From positions 105,132 to 169,131 of the forward strand of contig CBFFSA010000022.1 in the NCBI GenBank assembly GCA_965644495.1: a DNA stretch of 64,000 bases, given 5' to 3'. The notes below the pieces were generated by a model. It was not told where the DNA came from, made no database searches, and saw nothing but the letters and a program-made list of their open reading frames with translations. Positions within the stretch are counted from its first letter, which is position 1. Each line of letters starts with the position of its first letter. Shown piece by piece: positions 22,771 through 34,000 of this stretch. Position numbers and translations under genes: made by a program. Origin of the DNA: Perkinsela sp. CCAP 1560/9 (lineage: Eukaryota; Protista; Euglenozoa: Kinetoplastea).

Positions 22771-24476
22771 CCTCGGAGCACGTGGCAAAGTGCTTCGAGG
22801 AAGTGCCTTACCTTCGCAGGCACTCCGTTGTTTGTGCACGCCGCTCTTCACGGCTAGCCAAGGCACACGACGCTCACCTACCTTTGCACGTTAAGAAGTC
22901 GATACCTGTTATCCATTTGGATCAGGTTAAGGAGTGGATGAGTCTGTCAGCTGCCACTCGTTTTCGCAAGGTAGTGGATGAATTATTATGGGTACCTAAA
23001 GCCCCGTACCCCGAACCTAGTGTGAAAGGTTCATTGCCTGAGGCGGACGTCCGATTGTTGGAGGACGCAGGCATAATCTCCAAGGTCCCGGCGCAGGAGT
23101 TGAGAAAGCGCCCATCGATGCAGTTCATGATTCCCTTCACGGTTGTGGAGACCGATGATGAGGGCAATCAGCGCAGAAGATTTATTTCATGGACAAGGGA
23201 CGATAACGATAGATTAAAATCATATGAACCAAAGGTCCCATTATATCATCCCTCCAAGTATCTTCATAAGGCGCACGAGCCGATGGCTGTGAAGCGGGAC
23301 TTCACGTGTGGATTTTACCAGATTGGTATCCCAAAGAGGGCGCGGCCCAAATTCCGCCTTAGAACGAACAGTGGAGACGTGTTTGAGATGAACGTCCTCC
23401 CGATGGGCCATAGGTGTGCACCGGAGGTTATGCACACGGTTACCGCCGCGATTGCTGGCGAGGCGTCTATTTGTTCTCAGCGCTACTCGTTTCACCGAGG
23501 CGCTATCGACGTTTATGTTGACGGAGTTCGGTTTGCAGGAACCCACTCCGAGGCCACCACGTACGCTCAGTTCATTGACGAGCGTTGCGACAAGGCGAAC
23601 GGTCTTTTTAAAGATCGGGGTCAGCCCCCTGTAGCACAGTACGTGTTCAATGGGGTGGCGTTCGACCATAACGCGCATACGGTCTGCCTGGGACCGCGAG
23701 TGATCAGGAAACTGCGAGCCGACTCTTTCTTCAACATTTCCTTTGTTGACCTAGAGGCGGTGGTGGGGCGCCTCATTTATGGCTCCGCAGTTCTCCGACT
23801 CAATATGCCGCGATTTTATTTCGCTTTGAAGGTGGCGCAACGGCGTATCAACTTGTTGAACCGTTGCCCGAAGTTATGTGACCGTCCGGTCGCACTCCCT
23901 GTCGTCACTCGCTCCATGCTAGCAGAATGGAGAAACGAGTTGCTGGAGAATGTTCCACGGTCTCCACCTCCCCATCCCGATGTTGTTCCACACAAGCATC
24001 GTCTCTACACCGATGCCTCGGTGAAAGGATGGGGAGCGATTATGTATTTAGACAGCGGAGAGGTTTTGATTACGGGAGAGGCGTGGCCTGAGTCATCCTC
24101 GTATGAGGTGAATCGTGCGGAAGCTGCAGCAGTCCGCTTAGCCCTCGAGAAGTTTTCCGCGCATTGCCCCCGTGGAACCTGCTTGGATGTTTTTGTTGAC
24201 AACACCTCCTGTCAGGCTGCACTGAACAGGAGGATCTCCAAGTCAGAGGGGGTTTCAATGGAATTGCGCGAAGTCCTGCGACTGACAGAGGACAAAGGTA
24301 TTTGTGTCAAGGCAGCGTACATATCCACGGATGAGAACCCGGCGGATGCTGTCAGTCGCGGGAAGGAGATTGAGAGAGAGAAGGTTGAGAAATATAAAGG
24401 CAACATCGACAAATACAGCGATAATCAGCATCATCATATTGGTAAGCTAGACAGTCATATTGAAGGAAAACCCTAG
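21963..24476 (+). CDS. DIRS/VIPER-type RT-RNase H; conserved part begins about 22780, upstream part overlaps YR
   Basis: Same motifs as 8641-10335; poly(A) at 24497-24516. Confidence 0.82.
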   Translation: MGNGHVGHKGATVVPPARVLPGEGNHRESCKRGALPGDSASRYLDAHGVRRGIEDSVRAHGNRRYPIESLRKGPASSGGARTHAADATNHATSSKEAETSSRRKGEHMLPPVLESRCEMDRDRRPEAGAVRECGQSRGNHLLGQGDQDNPSESLPAVPLRDSDWTGDTRTGSVCGKFETRPAPVLHDGPGDGPQDESTSRSGVWNTFHKKRCNYLPIPRDLPRESQDGGRPEPHETPQRRITVALQRKQYYNGKGSRDAESLSTSPSAVTSEHVAKCFEEVPYLRRHSVVCARRSSRLAKAHDAHLPLHVKKSIPVIHLDQVKEWMSLSAATRFRKVVDELLWVPKAPYPEPSVKGSLPEADVRLLEDAGIISKVPAQELRKRPSMQFMIPFTVVETDDEGNQRRRFISWTRDDNDRLKSYEPKVPLYHPSKYLHKAHEPMAVKRDFTCGFYQIGIPKRARPKFRLRTNSGDVFEMNVLPMGHRCAPEVMHTVTAAIAGEASICSQRYSFHRGAIDVYVDGVRFAGTHSEATTYAQFIDERCDKANGLFKDRGQPPVAQYVFNGVAFDHNAHTVCLGPRVIRKLRADSFFNISFVDLEAVVGRLIYGSAVLRLNMPRFYFALKVAQRRINLLNRCPKLCDRPVALPVVTRSMLAEWRNELLENVPRSPPPHPDVVPHKHRLYTDASVKGWGAIMYLDSGEVLITGEAWPESSSYEVNRAEAAAVRLALEKFSAHCPRGTCLDVFVDNTSCQAALNRRISKSEGVSMELREVLRLTEDKGICVKAAYISTDENPADAVSRGKEIEREKVEKYKGNIDKYSDNQHHHIGKLDSHIEGKP

Positions 24477-24518
24477 GGGACAGGATCACCAAATACAAAA
24501 AAAAAAAAAAAAAAAAGT

Positions 24519-25121
24519 CACACATTACTCGTCACACATGACGACCGGCTGGATTCATTCCGAACTGGTCGTTTGCGCCCATGAACATCTGGTCGGGATG
24601 CTGGTCGGGTCGACAGAGTCTATGCTCACGCCTAGTCCGTCAGGGCTAGGTACCCCAAGTGAGGTAGTACACGGGTAGTGAATCTCCTCCCCGTCGACCA
24701 GCATCCTGTTTCGCGACCGTGTCGCTGTCGACACAGGCCCGCGCCTGCGCCCTCCCATATAGCAAGGGAAGGGTTCACAAGTCAGGCCGTGGAGAGGTCG
24801 AAAGACCCGGTCCGGGACGCGCGAATGGATTGGGTCTGTATTGCTTGTTTTAGTTTTTACTGTTTCTTGTTTGTATTATATACTTAGGGGAGATTAAATT
24901 GCTAGTTTTGGGCTGAGAGAAAAAACAATAGGTACATCTGTGGAAACAAAAAGATTTGCTAAAAAAATTTTCAAATTGCTAATTTGATTGTTTGTTTTCA
25001 ACTCGTATCCCCCCCCCCCCCAATGGACCTACTTGGTTCGTCTACTGGGTCAAAATATAGAGGCAATGCCGCGTTTTATACTTCTCCCCCCTTATTAAAA
25101 AAAAAAAAAAAAAAAAAAAAA
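24519..25121 (+). mobile_element. Isolated 3' UTR plus poly(A) of CRE-like family B
   Basis: Homologous to reverse complement of 38600-39060 and 3985-4430; poly(A) 25097-25121. Confidence 0.8.
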
Positions 25122-26777
25122 CTTCCACCTGATCCCTCATCTGAATTATTGGAGCGCGCTGACAAGATTGCCTGCGACATTAAGAACTCTACAGAAGGCG
25201 AAACGCCAGACACAGGACACCAGAATGCTACCACCGAAGAAGAACTGTTCTCCAGTGTCCGCCCGACGGAAAGCCTCGAGTTCCAATTCGAAGGAGCCAA
25301 TTCCTCTTCACTCAGCCAATTAAAGTCCTCTAGCAAGGCTGTGAAGGAGAAGTACGAGCGCCATAACCGCAGGGTAGGCTGTGCCGAATATGACTATGCT
25401 GATAACAGGCTAGTTTTTCCTGATCTCACGCCTCCTGATCTTCGCTTCTCAGTAAAGGGTAGCAGTAAAGGCCGTAAAAAGAAGAAACGCCCGAAGGGCA
25501 TCAATCTTTCTCAGCTGGATGCAGTGTCCGGGGCCGACAGCGAGGAACGCGACAATATAGAGTCCAGCGCGAATTCACCCGGGCCACGCACTCATGCCAC
25601 CGGAGTCATGGACAGCCCGTCTATCAAATTGTCCCAAAAGGAACAGAACACTAACACCCCCACGGGTAAGCGTAAACGTCACGTGCAGGTGTCGAAACCA
25701 GGGCCACGCGATTCCTCAGATACCGAAAGGCTCAATCAACCCCCCAATACCACTCCAGAAAAGCCACCTACAGTCAATGGAAACACGCGGAAATGTCCTT
25801 CTCAGGGATGTGCATGGCAAACTGTGCCTCACGGGGGCCAATGGCAATCCTTTTATAACCACGTATCCCACAGACACGGGGACGAGGTGCCTGATACCTG
25901 GTGGAACGAGGAGGGACGTTTCCGATGCAGGGATTGCAACAGGCACTACAACCTAAGCAAACAGGTCACCCATGCCGAAAACTGCGCTTTCCGCTGCTCT
26001 TCTCCCCCACCTATCTCCGAACCTACACAGACAGGGGGCGACCCGAGGGACAACCCTGCATTTTTTGCCGCACAAGCCGTCGCCGAACCCCTTCCCTCCC
26101 TGGCGTCAATCTGTTCGACACCTCTCAACACATGCAAAGACATTCCCAACAGCTGTCGCCAGGGGTGGGCGAAAGTCTTCTGTGAGTGTCTCTCTTCCGC
26201 TGTACGAGACAATACAGTTGAGGCCTGGACTCTTCTCGCCATGCTACCGAAATGCGTACTACCGGCACCTCATCGTGGGGGGAGCAGGGCAAAACTATCG
26301 TACGCCTCGCACGTTCGGAAGTGTCTCGCCCGGTGGTCACGGAAAGAATTTCTCCCCCTTTGGAACGAAACAATTGCGAGCCTACAACACAAAAAACGCG
26401 TCGCACAAGCACAGAGTCCGGAGGACGAGATAACCAAATCTGCTATGCGAGCTGAAAGACTCGTTCGCGACTCGGAACTATCTCGAGCTATGGCTGCCCT
26501 AACCTCTGAACCAGTAGCCCCGTATGACGATGATACTTACACTAAACTCCAAGCTAAGCATCCATCCCGACTCGCTACGTCGGTGAAACCCCTCAGTTCT
26601 TCGACGGAAATGGGACCAAAACCACTTCGAGCCACAGAGGAAGACGTAACGCAGGCTCTTGCAACTTTTCACCGGGGGTCATCGGGTGGCGCTTTTGGGC
26701 TACGCCCTGAACACGTACAAGTGGCACTAGAGTACCACCATGACGGCCGTACGGATCCATTGGGTACACTGACCCAT
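25122..26777 (+). pseudogene. N-terminal fragment of CRE-like family B ORF (partial LsmAD-like, two Zn fingers, pre-RT), broken by the 18-bp array
   Basis: Collinear with 39201-43265 (CPSQGC..HVSHRH, CRDC..H...C, AMLPKC, GSSGGAFGLRPEH). Confidence 0.9.
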
Positions 26778-29700
26778 TTAAGACCACTTTTTGTATTAAG
26801 ACCACTTTTTGTATTAAGACCACTTTTTGTATTAAGACCACTTTTTGTATTAAGACCACTTTTTGTATTAAGACCACTTTTTGTATTAAGACCACTTTTT
26901 GTATTAAGACCACTTTTTGTATTAAGACCACTTTTTGTATTAAGACCACTTTTTGTATTAAGACCACTTTTTGTATTAAGACCACTTTTTGTATTAAGAC
27001 CACTTTTTGTATTAAGACCACTTTTTGTATTAAGACCACTTTTTGTATTAAGACCACTTTTTGTATTAAGACCACTTTTTGTATTAAGACCACTTTTTGT
27101 ATTAAGACCACTTTTTGTATTAAGACCACTTTTTGTATTAAGACCACTTTTTGTATTAAGACCACTTTTTGTATTAAGACCACTTTTTGTATTAAGACCA
27201 CTTTTTGTATTAAGACCACTTTTTGTATTAAGACCACTTTTTGTATTAAGACCACTTTTTGTATTAAGACCACTTTTTGTATTAAGACCACTTTTTGTAT
27301 TAAGACCACTTTTGTATTAAGACCACTTTTTGTATTAAGACCACTTTTTGTATTAAGACCACTTTTTGTATTAAGACCACTTTTTGTATTAAGACCACTT
27401 TTTGTATTAAGACCACTTTTTGTATTAAGACCACTTTTTGTATTAAGACCACTTTTTGTATTAAGACCACTTTTTGTATTAAGACCACTTTTTGTATTAA
27501 GACCACTTTTTGTATTAAGACCACTTTTTGTATTAAGACCACTTTTTGTATTAAGACCACTTTTTGTATTAAGACCACTTTTTGTATTAAGACCACTTTT
27601 TGTATTAAGACCACTTTTTGTATTAAGACCACTTTTTGTATTAAGACCACTTTTTGTATTAAGACCACTTTTTGTATTAAGACCACTTTTTGTATTAAGA
27701 CCACTTTTTGTATTAAGACCACTTTTTGTATTAAGACCACTTTTTGTATTAAGACCACTTTTTGTATTAAGACCACTTTTTGTATTAAGACCACTTTTTG
27801 TATTAAGACCACTTTTTGTATTAAGACCACTTTTTGTATTAAGACCACTTTTTGTATTAAGACCACTTTTTGTATTAAGACCACTTTTTGTATTAAGACC
27901 ACTTTTTGTATTAAGACCACTTTTTGTATTAAGACCACTTTTTGTATTAAGACCACTTTTTGTATTAAGACCACTTTTTGTATTAAGACCACTTTTTGTA
28001 TTAAGACCACTTTTTGTATTAAGACCACTTTTTGTATTAAGACCACTTTTTGTATTAAGACCACTTTTTGTATTAAGACCACTTTTTGTATTAAGACCAC
28101 TTTTTGTATTAAGACCACTTTTTGTATTAAGACCACTTTTTGTATTAAGACCACTTTTTGTATTAAGACCACTTTTTGTATTAAGACCACTTTTTGTATT
28201 AAGACCACTTTTTGTATTAAGACCACTTTTTGTATTAAGACCACTTTTTGTATTAAGACCACTTTTTGTATTAAGACCACTTTTTGTATTAAGACCACTT
28301 TTTGTATTAAGACCACTTTTTGTATTAAGACCACTTTTTGTATTAAGACCACTTTTTGTATTAAGACCACTTTTTGTATTAAGACCACTTTTTGTATTAA
28401 GACCACTTTTTGTATTAAGACCACTTTTTGTATTAAGACCACTTTTTGTATTAAGACCACTTTTTGTATTAAGACCACTTTTTGTATTAAGACCACTTTT
28501 TGTATTAAGACCACTTTTTGTATTAAGACCACTTTTTGTATTAAGACCACTTTTTGTATTAAGACCACTTTTTGTATTAAGACCACTTTTTGTATTAAGA
28601 CCACTTTTTGTATTAAGACCACTTTTTGTATTAAGACCACTTTTTGTATTAAGACCACTTTTTGTATTAAGACCACTTTTTGTATTAAGACCACTTTTTG
28701 TATTAAGACCACTTTTTGTATTAAGACCACTTTTTGTATTAAGACCACTTTTTGTATTAAGACCACTTTTTGTATTAAGACCACTTTTTGTATTAAGACC
28801 ACTTTTTGTATTAAGACCACTTTTTGTATTAAGACCACTTTTTGTATTAAGACCACTTTTTGTATTAAGACCACTTTTTGTATTAAGACCACTTTTTGTA
28901 TTAAGACCACTTTTTGTATTAAGACCACTTTTTGTATTAAGACCACTTTTTGTATTAAGACCACTTTTTGTATTAAGACCACTTTTTGTATTAGACCACT
29001 TTTTGTATTAAGACCACTTTTTGTATTAAGACCACTTTTTGTATTAAGACCACTTTTTGTATTAAGACCACTTTTTGTATTAAGACCACTTTTTGTATTA
29101 AGACCACTTTTTGTATTAAGACCACTTTTTGTATTAAGACCACTTTTTGTATTAAGACCACTTTTTGTATTAAGACCACTTTTTGTATTAAGACCACTTT
29201 TTGTATTAAGACCACTTTTTGTATTAAGACCACTTTTTGTATTAAGACCACTTTTTGTATTAAGACCACTTTTTGTATTAAGACCACTTTTTGTATTAAG
29301 ACCACTTTTTGTATTAAGACCACTTTTTGTATTAAGACCACTTTTTGTATTAAGACCACTTTTTGTATTAAGACCACTTTTTGTATTAAGACCACTTTTT
29401 GTATTAAGACCACTTTTTGTATTAAGACCACTTTTTGTATTAAGACCACTTTTTGTATTAAGACCACTTTTTGTATTAAGACCACTTTTTGTATTAAGAC
29501 CACTTTTTGTATTAAGACCACTTTTTGTATTAAGACCACTTTTTGTATTAAGACCACTTTTTGTATTAAGACCACTTTTTGTATTAAGACCACTTTTTGT
29601 ATTAAGACCACTTTTTGTATTAAGACCACTTTTTGTATTAAGACCACTTTTTGTATTAAGACCACTTTTTGTATTAAGACCACTTTTTGTATTAAGACCA

Positions 29701-31009
29701 CTTTTTGTATTAAGACCACTTTTTGTATTAAGACCACTTTTTGTATTAAGACCACTTTTTGTATTAAGACCACTTTTTGTATTAAGACCACTTTTTGTAT
29801 TAAGACCACTTTTTGTATTAAGACCACTTTTTGTATTAAGACCACTTTTTGTATTAAGACCACTTTTTGTATTAAGACCACTTTTTGTATTAAGACCACT
29901 TTTTGTATTAAGACCACTTTTTGTATTAAGACCACTTTTTGTATTAAGACCACTTTTTGTATTAAGACCACTTTTTGTATTAAGACCACTTTTTGTATTA
30001 AGACCACTTTTTGTATTAAGACCACTTTTTGTATTAAGACCACTTTTTGTATTAAGACCACTTTTTGTATTAAGACCACTTTTTGTATTAAGACCACTTT
30101 TTGTATTAAGACCACTTTTTGTATTAAGACCACTTTTTGTATTAAGACCACTTTTTGTATTAAGACCACTTTTTGTATTAAGACCACTTTTTGTATTAAG
30201 ACCACTTTTTGTATTAAGACCACTTTTTGTATTAAGACCACTTTTTGTATTAAGACCACTTTTTGTATTAAGACCACTTTTTGTATTAAGACCACTTTTT
30301 GTATTAAGACCACTTTTTGTATTAAGACCACTTTTTGTATTAAGACCACTTTTTGTATTAAGACCACTTTTTGTATTAAGACCACTTTTTGTATTAAGAC
30401 CACTTTTTGTATTAAGACCACTTTTTGTATTAAGACCACTTTTTGTATTAAGACCACTTTTTGTATTAAGACCACTTTTTGTATTAAGACCACTTTTTGT
30501 ATTAAGACCACTTTTTGTATTAAGACCACTTTTTGTATTAAGACCACTTTTTGTATTAAGACCACTTTTTGTATTAAGACCACTTTTTGTATTAAGACCA
30601 CTTTTTGTATTAAGACCACTTTTTGTATTAAGACCACTTTTTGTATTAAGACCACTTTTTGTATTAAGACCACTTTTTGTATTAAGACCACTTTTTGTAT
30701 TAAGACCACTTTTTGTATTAAGACCACTTTTTGTATTAAGACCACTTTTTGTATTAAGACCACTTTTTGTATTAAGACCACTTTTTGTATTAAGACCACT
30801 TTTTGTATTAAGACCACTTTTTGTATTAAGACCACTTTTTGTATTAAGACCACTTTTTGTATTAAGACCACTTTTTGTATTAAGACCACTTTTTGTATTA
30901 AGACCACTTTTTGTATTAAGACCACTTTTTGTATTAAGACCACTTTTTGTATTAAGACCACTTTTTGTATTAAGACCACTTTTTGTATTAAGACCACTTT
31001 TTGTATTAA
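26778..31009 (+). repeat. 18-bp tandem array (TATTAAGACCACTTTTTG)n, about 235 copies
   Basis: Read directly; only two 1-nt deletions seen (~27311, ~28993). Confidence 0.98.
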
Positions 31010-31023
31010 TACGTTGGTACAAA

Positions 31024-34000
31024 ATGGCGGAGGCCTCCGGACCGTTCGAAAGTGTGTTGGAAGTCTGTGGCAAACTTCGGACGGCCAGGTGTGGTCGGGG
31101 CAACCTTTTTCTGCCTCCACAGCAGAGGGGGGTTGGGACAAAACTCCGGCAGCGGGCCCTTTTACAGATGTCAAAGGTTTTGGCTGTGGGAAAACGCGTG
31201 GCTGTTGTTTGGTGTATGGCTTATAACGAACGTATTACACTCTGGGAAGGGGTGGTTCACTCATCGCTTGATGGGTCTGGTTGGCTCGTCAAGTACGACT
31301 TGATGAATGGGCGCCTTCTCCCGTTTCCTCCGAGAGATGATCGTATCCATGTGCTAGGCGGCAGAGTTGGACTGCTTCCAAAATCTTTGCGCAAACGTAA
31401 TCGGAAACGCAAATCCTGCTTTCGGCGTGGCTACCGAGAGCAGAGACCCAAGATCAAAGCTATGAGAGAGGGGTTTGCAGTAAGCACCATGAATGTAGAT
31501 ACTTTAAAGTGTAAAACCACAGACGAGTTTGCTCTACGTAAATGTTTCCGTTTGCATCAAGCTGTAGAGTTCATGCGAAGTTACGGCGTAACAATAATGG
31601 CCTTGCAGGAAACGCGACTATCGTTCAAGAGCGAGGAACCGATCATTCATCGTAGGCTCTATCTGGCTGGCATTAGTGTTCATATATATATTATGAGTGC
31701 AATAAAGGGCTATAACGGAATGGCAATGCTGAGTCTGCAACCCATGGGTGTTGAAAAGATCAATGATCGCATTATGAAAGGAACAATGCATATTGGAAAG
31801 ATGAAGGCGTGTATATTTAATGTTTACTCCCCGACGGCTGGTGCAAAGAAAGATAAGCAAGAATCGTTTGATGAGGAGCTATTTGATGCTTGGCATGATT
31901 CACAATGTTCGCTAAAGATAATATGCGGAGACATGAACGCACCTTTGCAAGATCCAAATGGCAGAAAATGTTGTTCGGAAAGAGCGCAAGAATTTCGCAA
32001 ATTTTTGGTAACCCTTGGATCTAAATCGGCTCATCAATGTTGCAGCGCAGAAAGAAAGTGGACTTATAGGTTTCCACCTACGCCGAAACACCCTGATGGT
32101 CTAACAAAACAGCTTGATCATATCATAATAAATTCCCGTTTCAGCTCAGCATTTCGGTATCAGAAGGTGCTTTTGGCTCCCATACCTACGAGACACTGTG
32201 CAGTAATAGCAGGATTAAATATAAAATGGAGAGTGGCATGCAAACCTGGTAAGTTACAACCGTTTTGGGGATCCTTGAGAAACGAAACCATATGTGATAC
32301 ATTCGTGAAAAATGTGGAGGAGTCAATTCAGGGGGGAAATAAACGGTCACGAGAAGGGTCAATTGGTCCCGCTTTATGGGATAAGCTATCGTCCGCAGTC
32401 AACTCCGCCGCAGAGAAATTACCCAGGAAAATTGCCAATATTGGAAAAGCTCCTGACTCGGAAACTGACTCGCATTCCCTTGATATGAAAACTATTGTGC
32501 AAATTGCTCGAAATCGAAGGACTTTCGATACCTTTGCTCGAGAACATGGAAAAATGATTGAAGAATGCGTGAAAGAAGAATGTGAAGTGATCCAAGAAAA
32601 GCTATATAAATGTCCAAAAAGCGCGTATCAAGCAATTCGCTATATTGTAGGGGAAAATCGAAAAGTATTCTCCATGTTTGGTGAAAATGTTCGAGACAGT
32701 ATGTGCAGAGTGAGAGGACATTTTCAGGCGATAGGTAACCAATTAAATCAAATTTCCGAACCGATAAACTTTCCTAACTGTAATAAAAGCTTAATTGGTA
32801 TTGAGGATACGGAATTTACCCTAAAGGAGCTCAGAATTTCTCTGCAAAAAGTCAAATCTGGAAAAGCCTCAGGCTCCGACAACATTCCTATTGAGGCTCT
32901 CTCTACATTGGCTCAGAGCGAAGAAGCACTTGGCATGCTCTTGAACATAATAAATGAAGTAATGTGTACTGGTGCCGCGGCGGATAAATGGAAGATGATT
33001 CTGCAAGTGCCACTTCCAAAGAAAGGGAATCTCAATGATCTTACAAATTGGAGACCGATATGCATTGTAAACCATGTGGTAAAGGTAATGAACCGGATGG
33101 TACTAGAGCGTATACAACCAGCCGTTGAGAATATGCTTCGCTCAAATCAGTTTGGATTTCGCCCGCACCGATCCACTGCCGGCGCAAAGGCAACTTTCGT
33201 GGAAATAGCTACTAAAGCTTCGAGGGGAGAAGGTGTTGCGGTAGCGTTTGTTGACTTTAAGCAGGCATTTCCTTCCGTTACTTTCTCTGCAATACGAGAT
33301 GCGCTGAGAGCATTCCACATACCGGAAAATATTACTAAAGTTATTATGAGCATGTATGAAGGCCTGAAATCTTATGTGAGGACGCCTCATGGTGACACCG
33401 AATCGTTTTCTATTGAAAATGGTACTCTACAAGGGGATGTGCTCGCGCCATATCTCTTTATTATGGTCCTCGACAGGATTATGGCAGAGGCCATTGACGC
33501 GAAGGGGTTGGGTGTCATTGCTTATTCCACCGGGACGAAGAGTCGCGGCGAAAAGCACCTCCGAATTTCTGATGTGGCATATGCAGATGACGTAGTTCTC
33601 TTCGCTTCTTCTAGGTCTGAACTCTCCGAAATGCTAGAAAACCTGTGCAAGTATGCAAAGAGGGCAAACCTTCAGGTAAATCTGGGCAAAAACAAGACCG
33701 CATGGATGGTTCTAGGAAAAATTGATGACATGACAGCTCCCCTTCTAGTCCCAAGTGTTGGAGAAATCCCCCGAGTATACAAATATAAATATCTTGGAAG
33801 TACACAAGAGAATGAAAATCGTCATGTAGCCCCACAAGAACGCATTCGTCTAGGATGGGCCACAATGCATAAACTTCATGCGATATGGAACTCACCCATT
33901 CAAGTCGCAAGTCGGTTAAAAATATTTCGAACACTTGTTATGCCTGTTATTAATTACAACTGCGGCACGTGGAATATTTCATCGAATCAAATGAGCGAAT

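Noticed and set aside
21963-22780. Dual-coding overlap of RT frame with YR
   Set aside because: No recognisable motifs in the overlapped part, GC-rich sequence, and ORF overlap is common in DIRS-like elements.
26778-31009. CRISPR array
   Set aside because: Contiguous identical units with no spacers; no cas genes; eukaryotic context.
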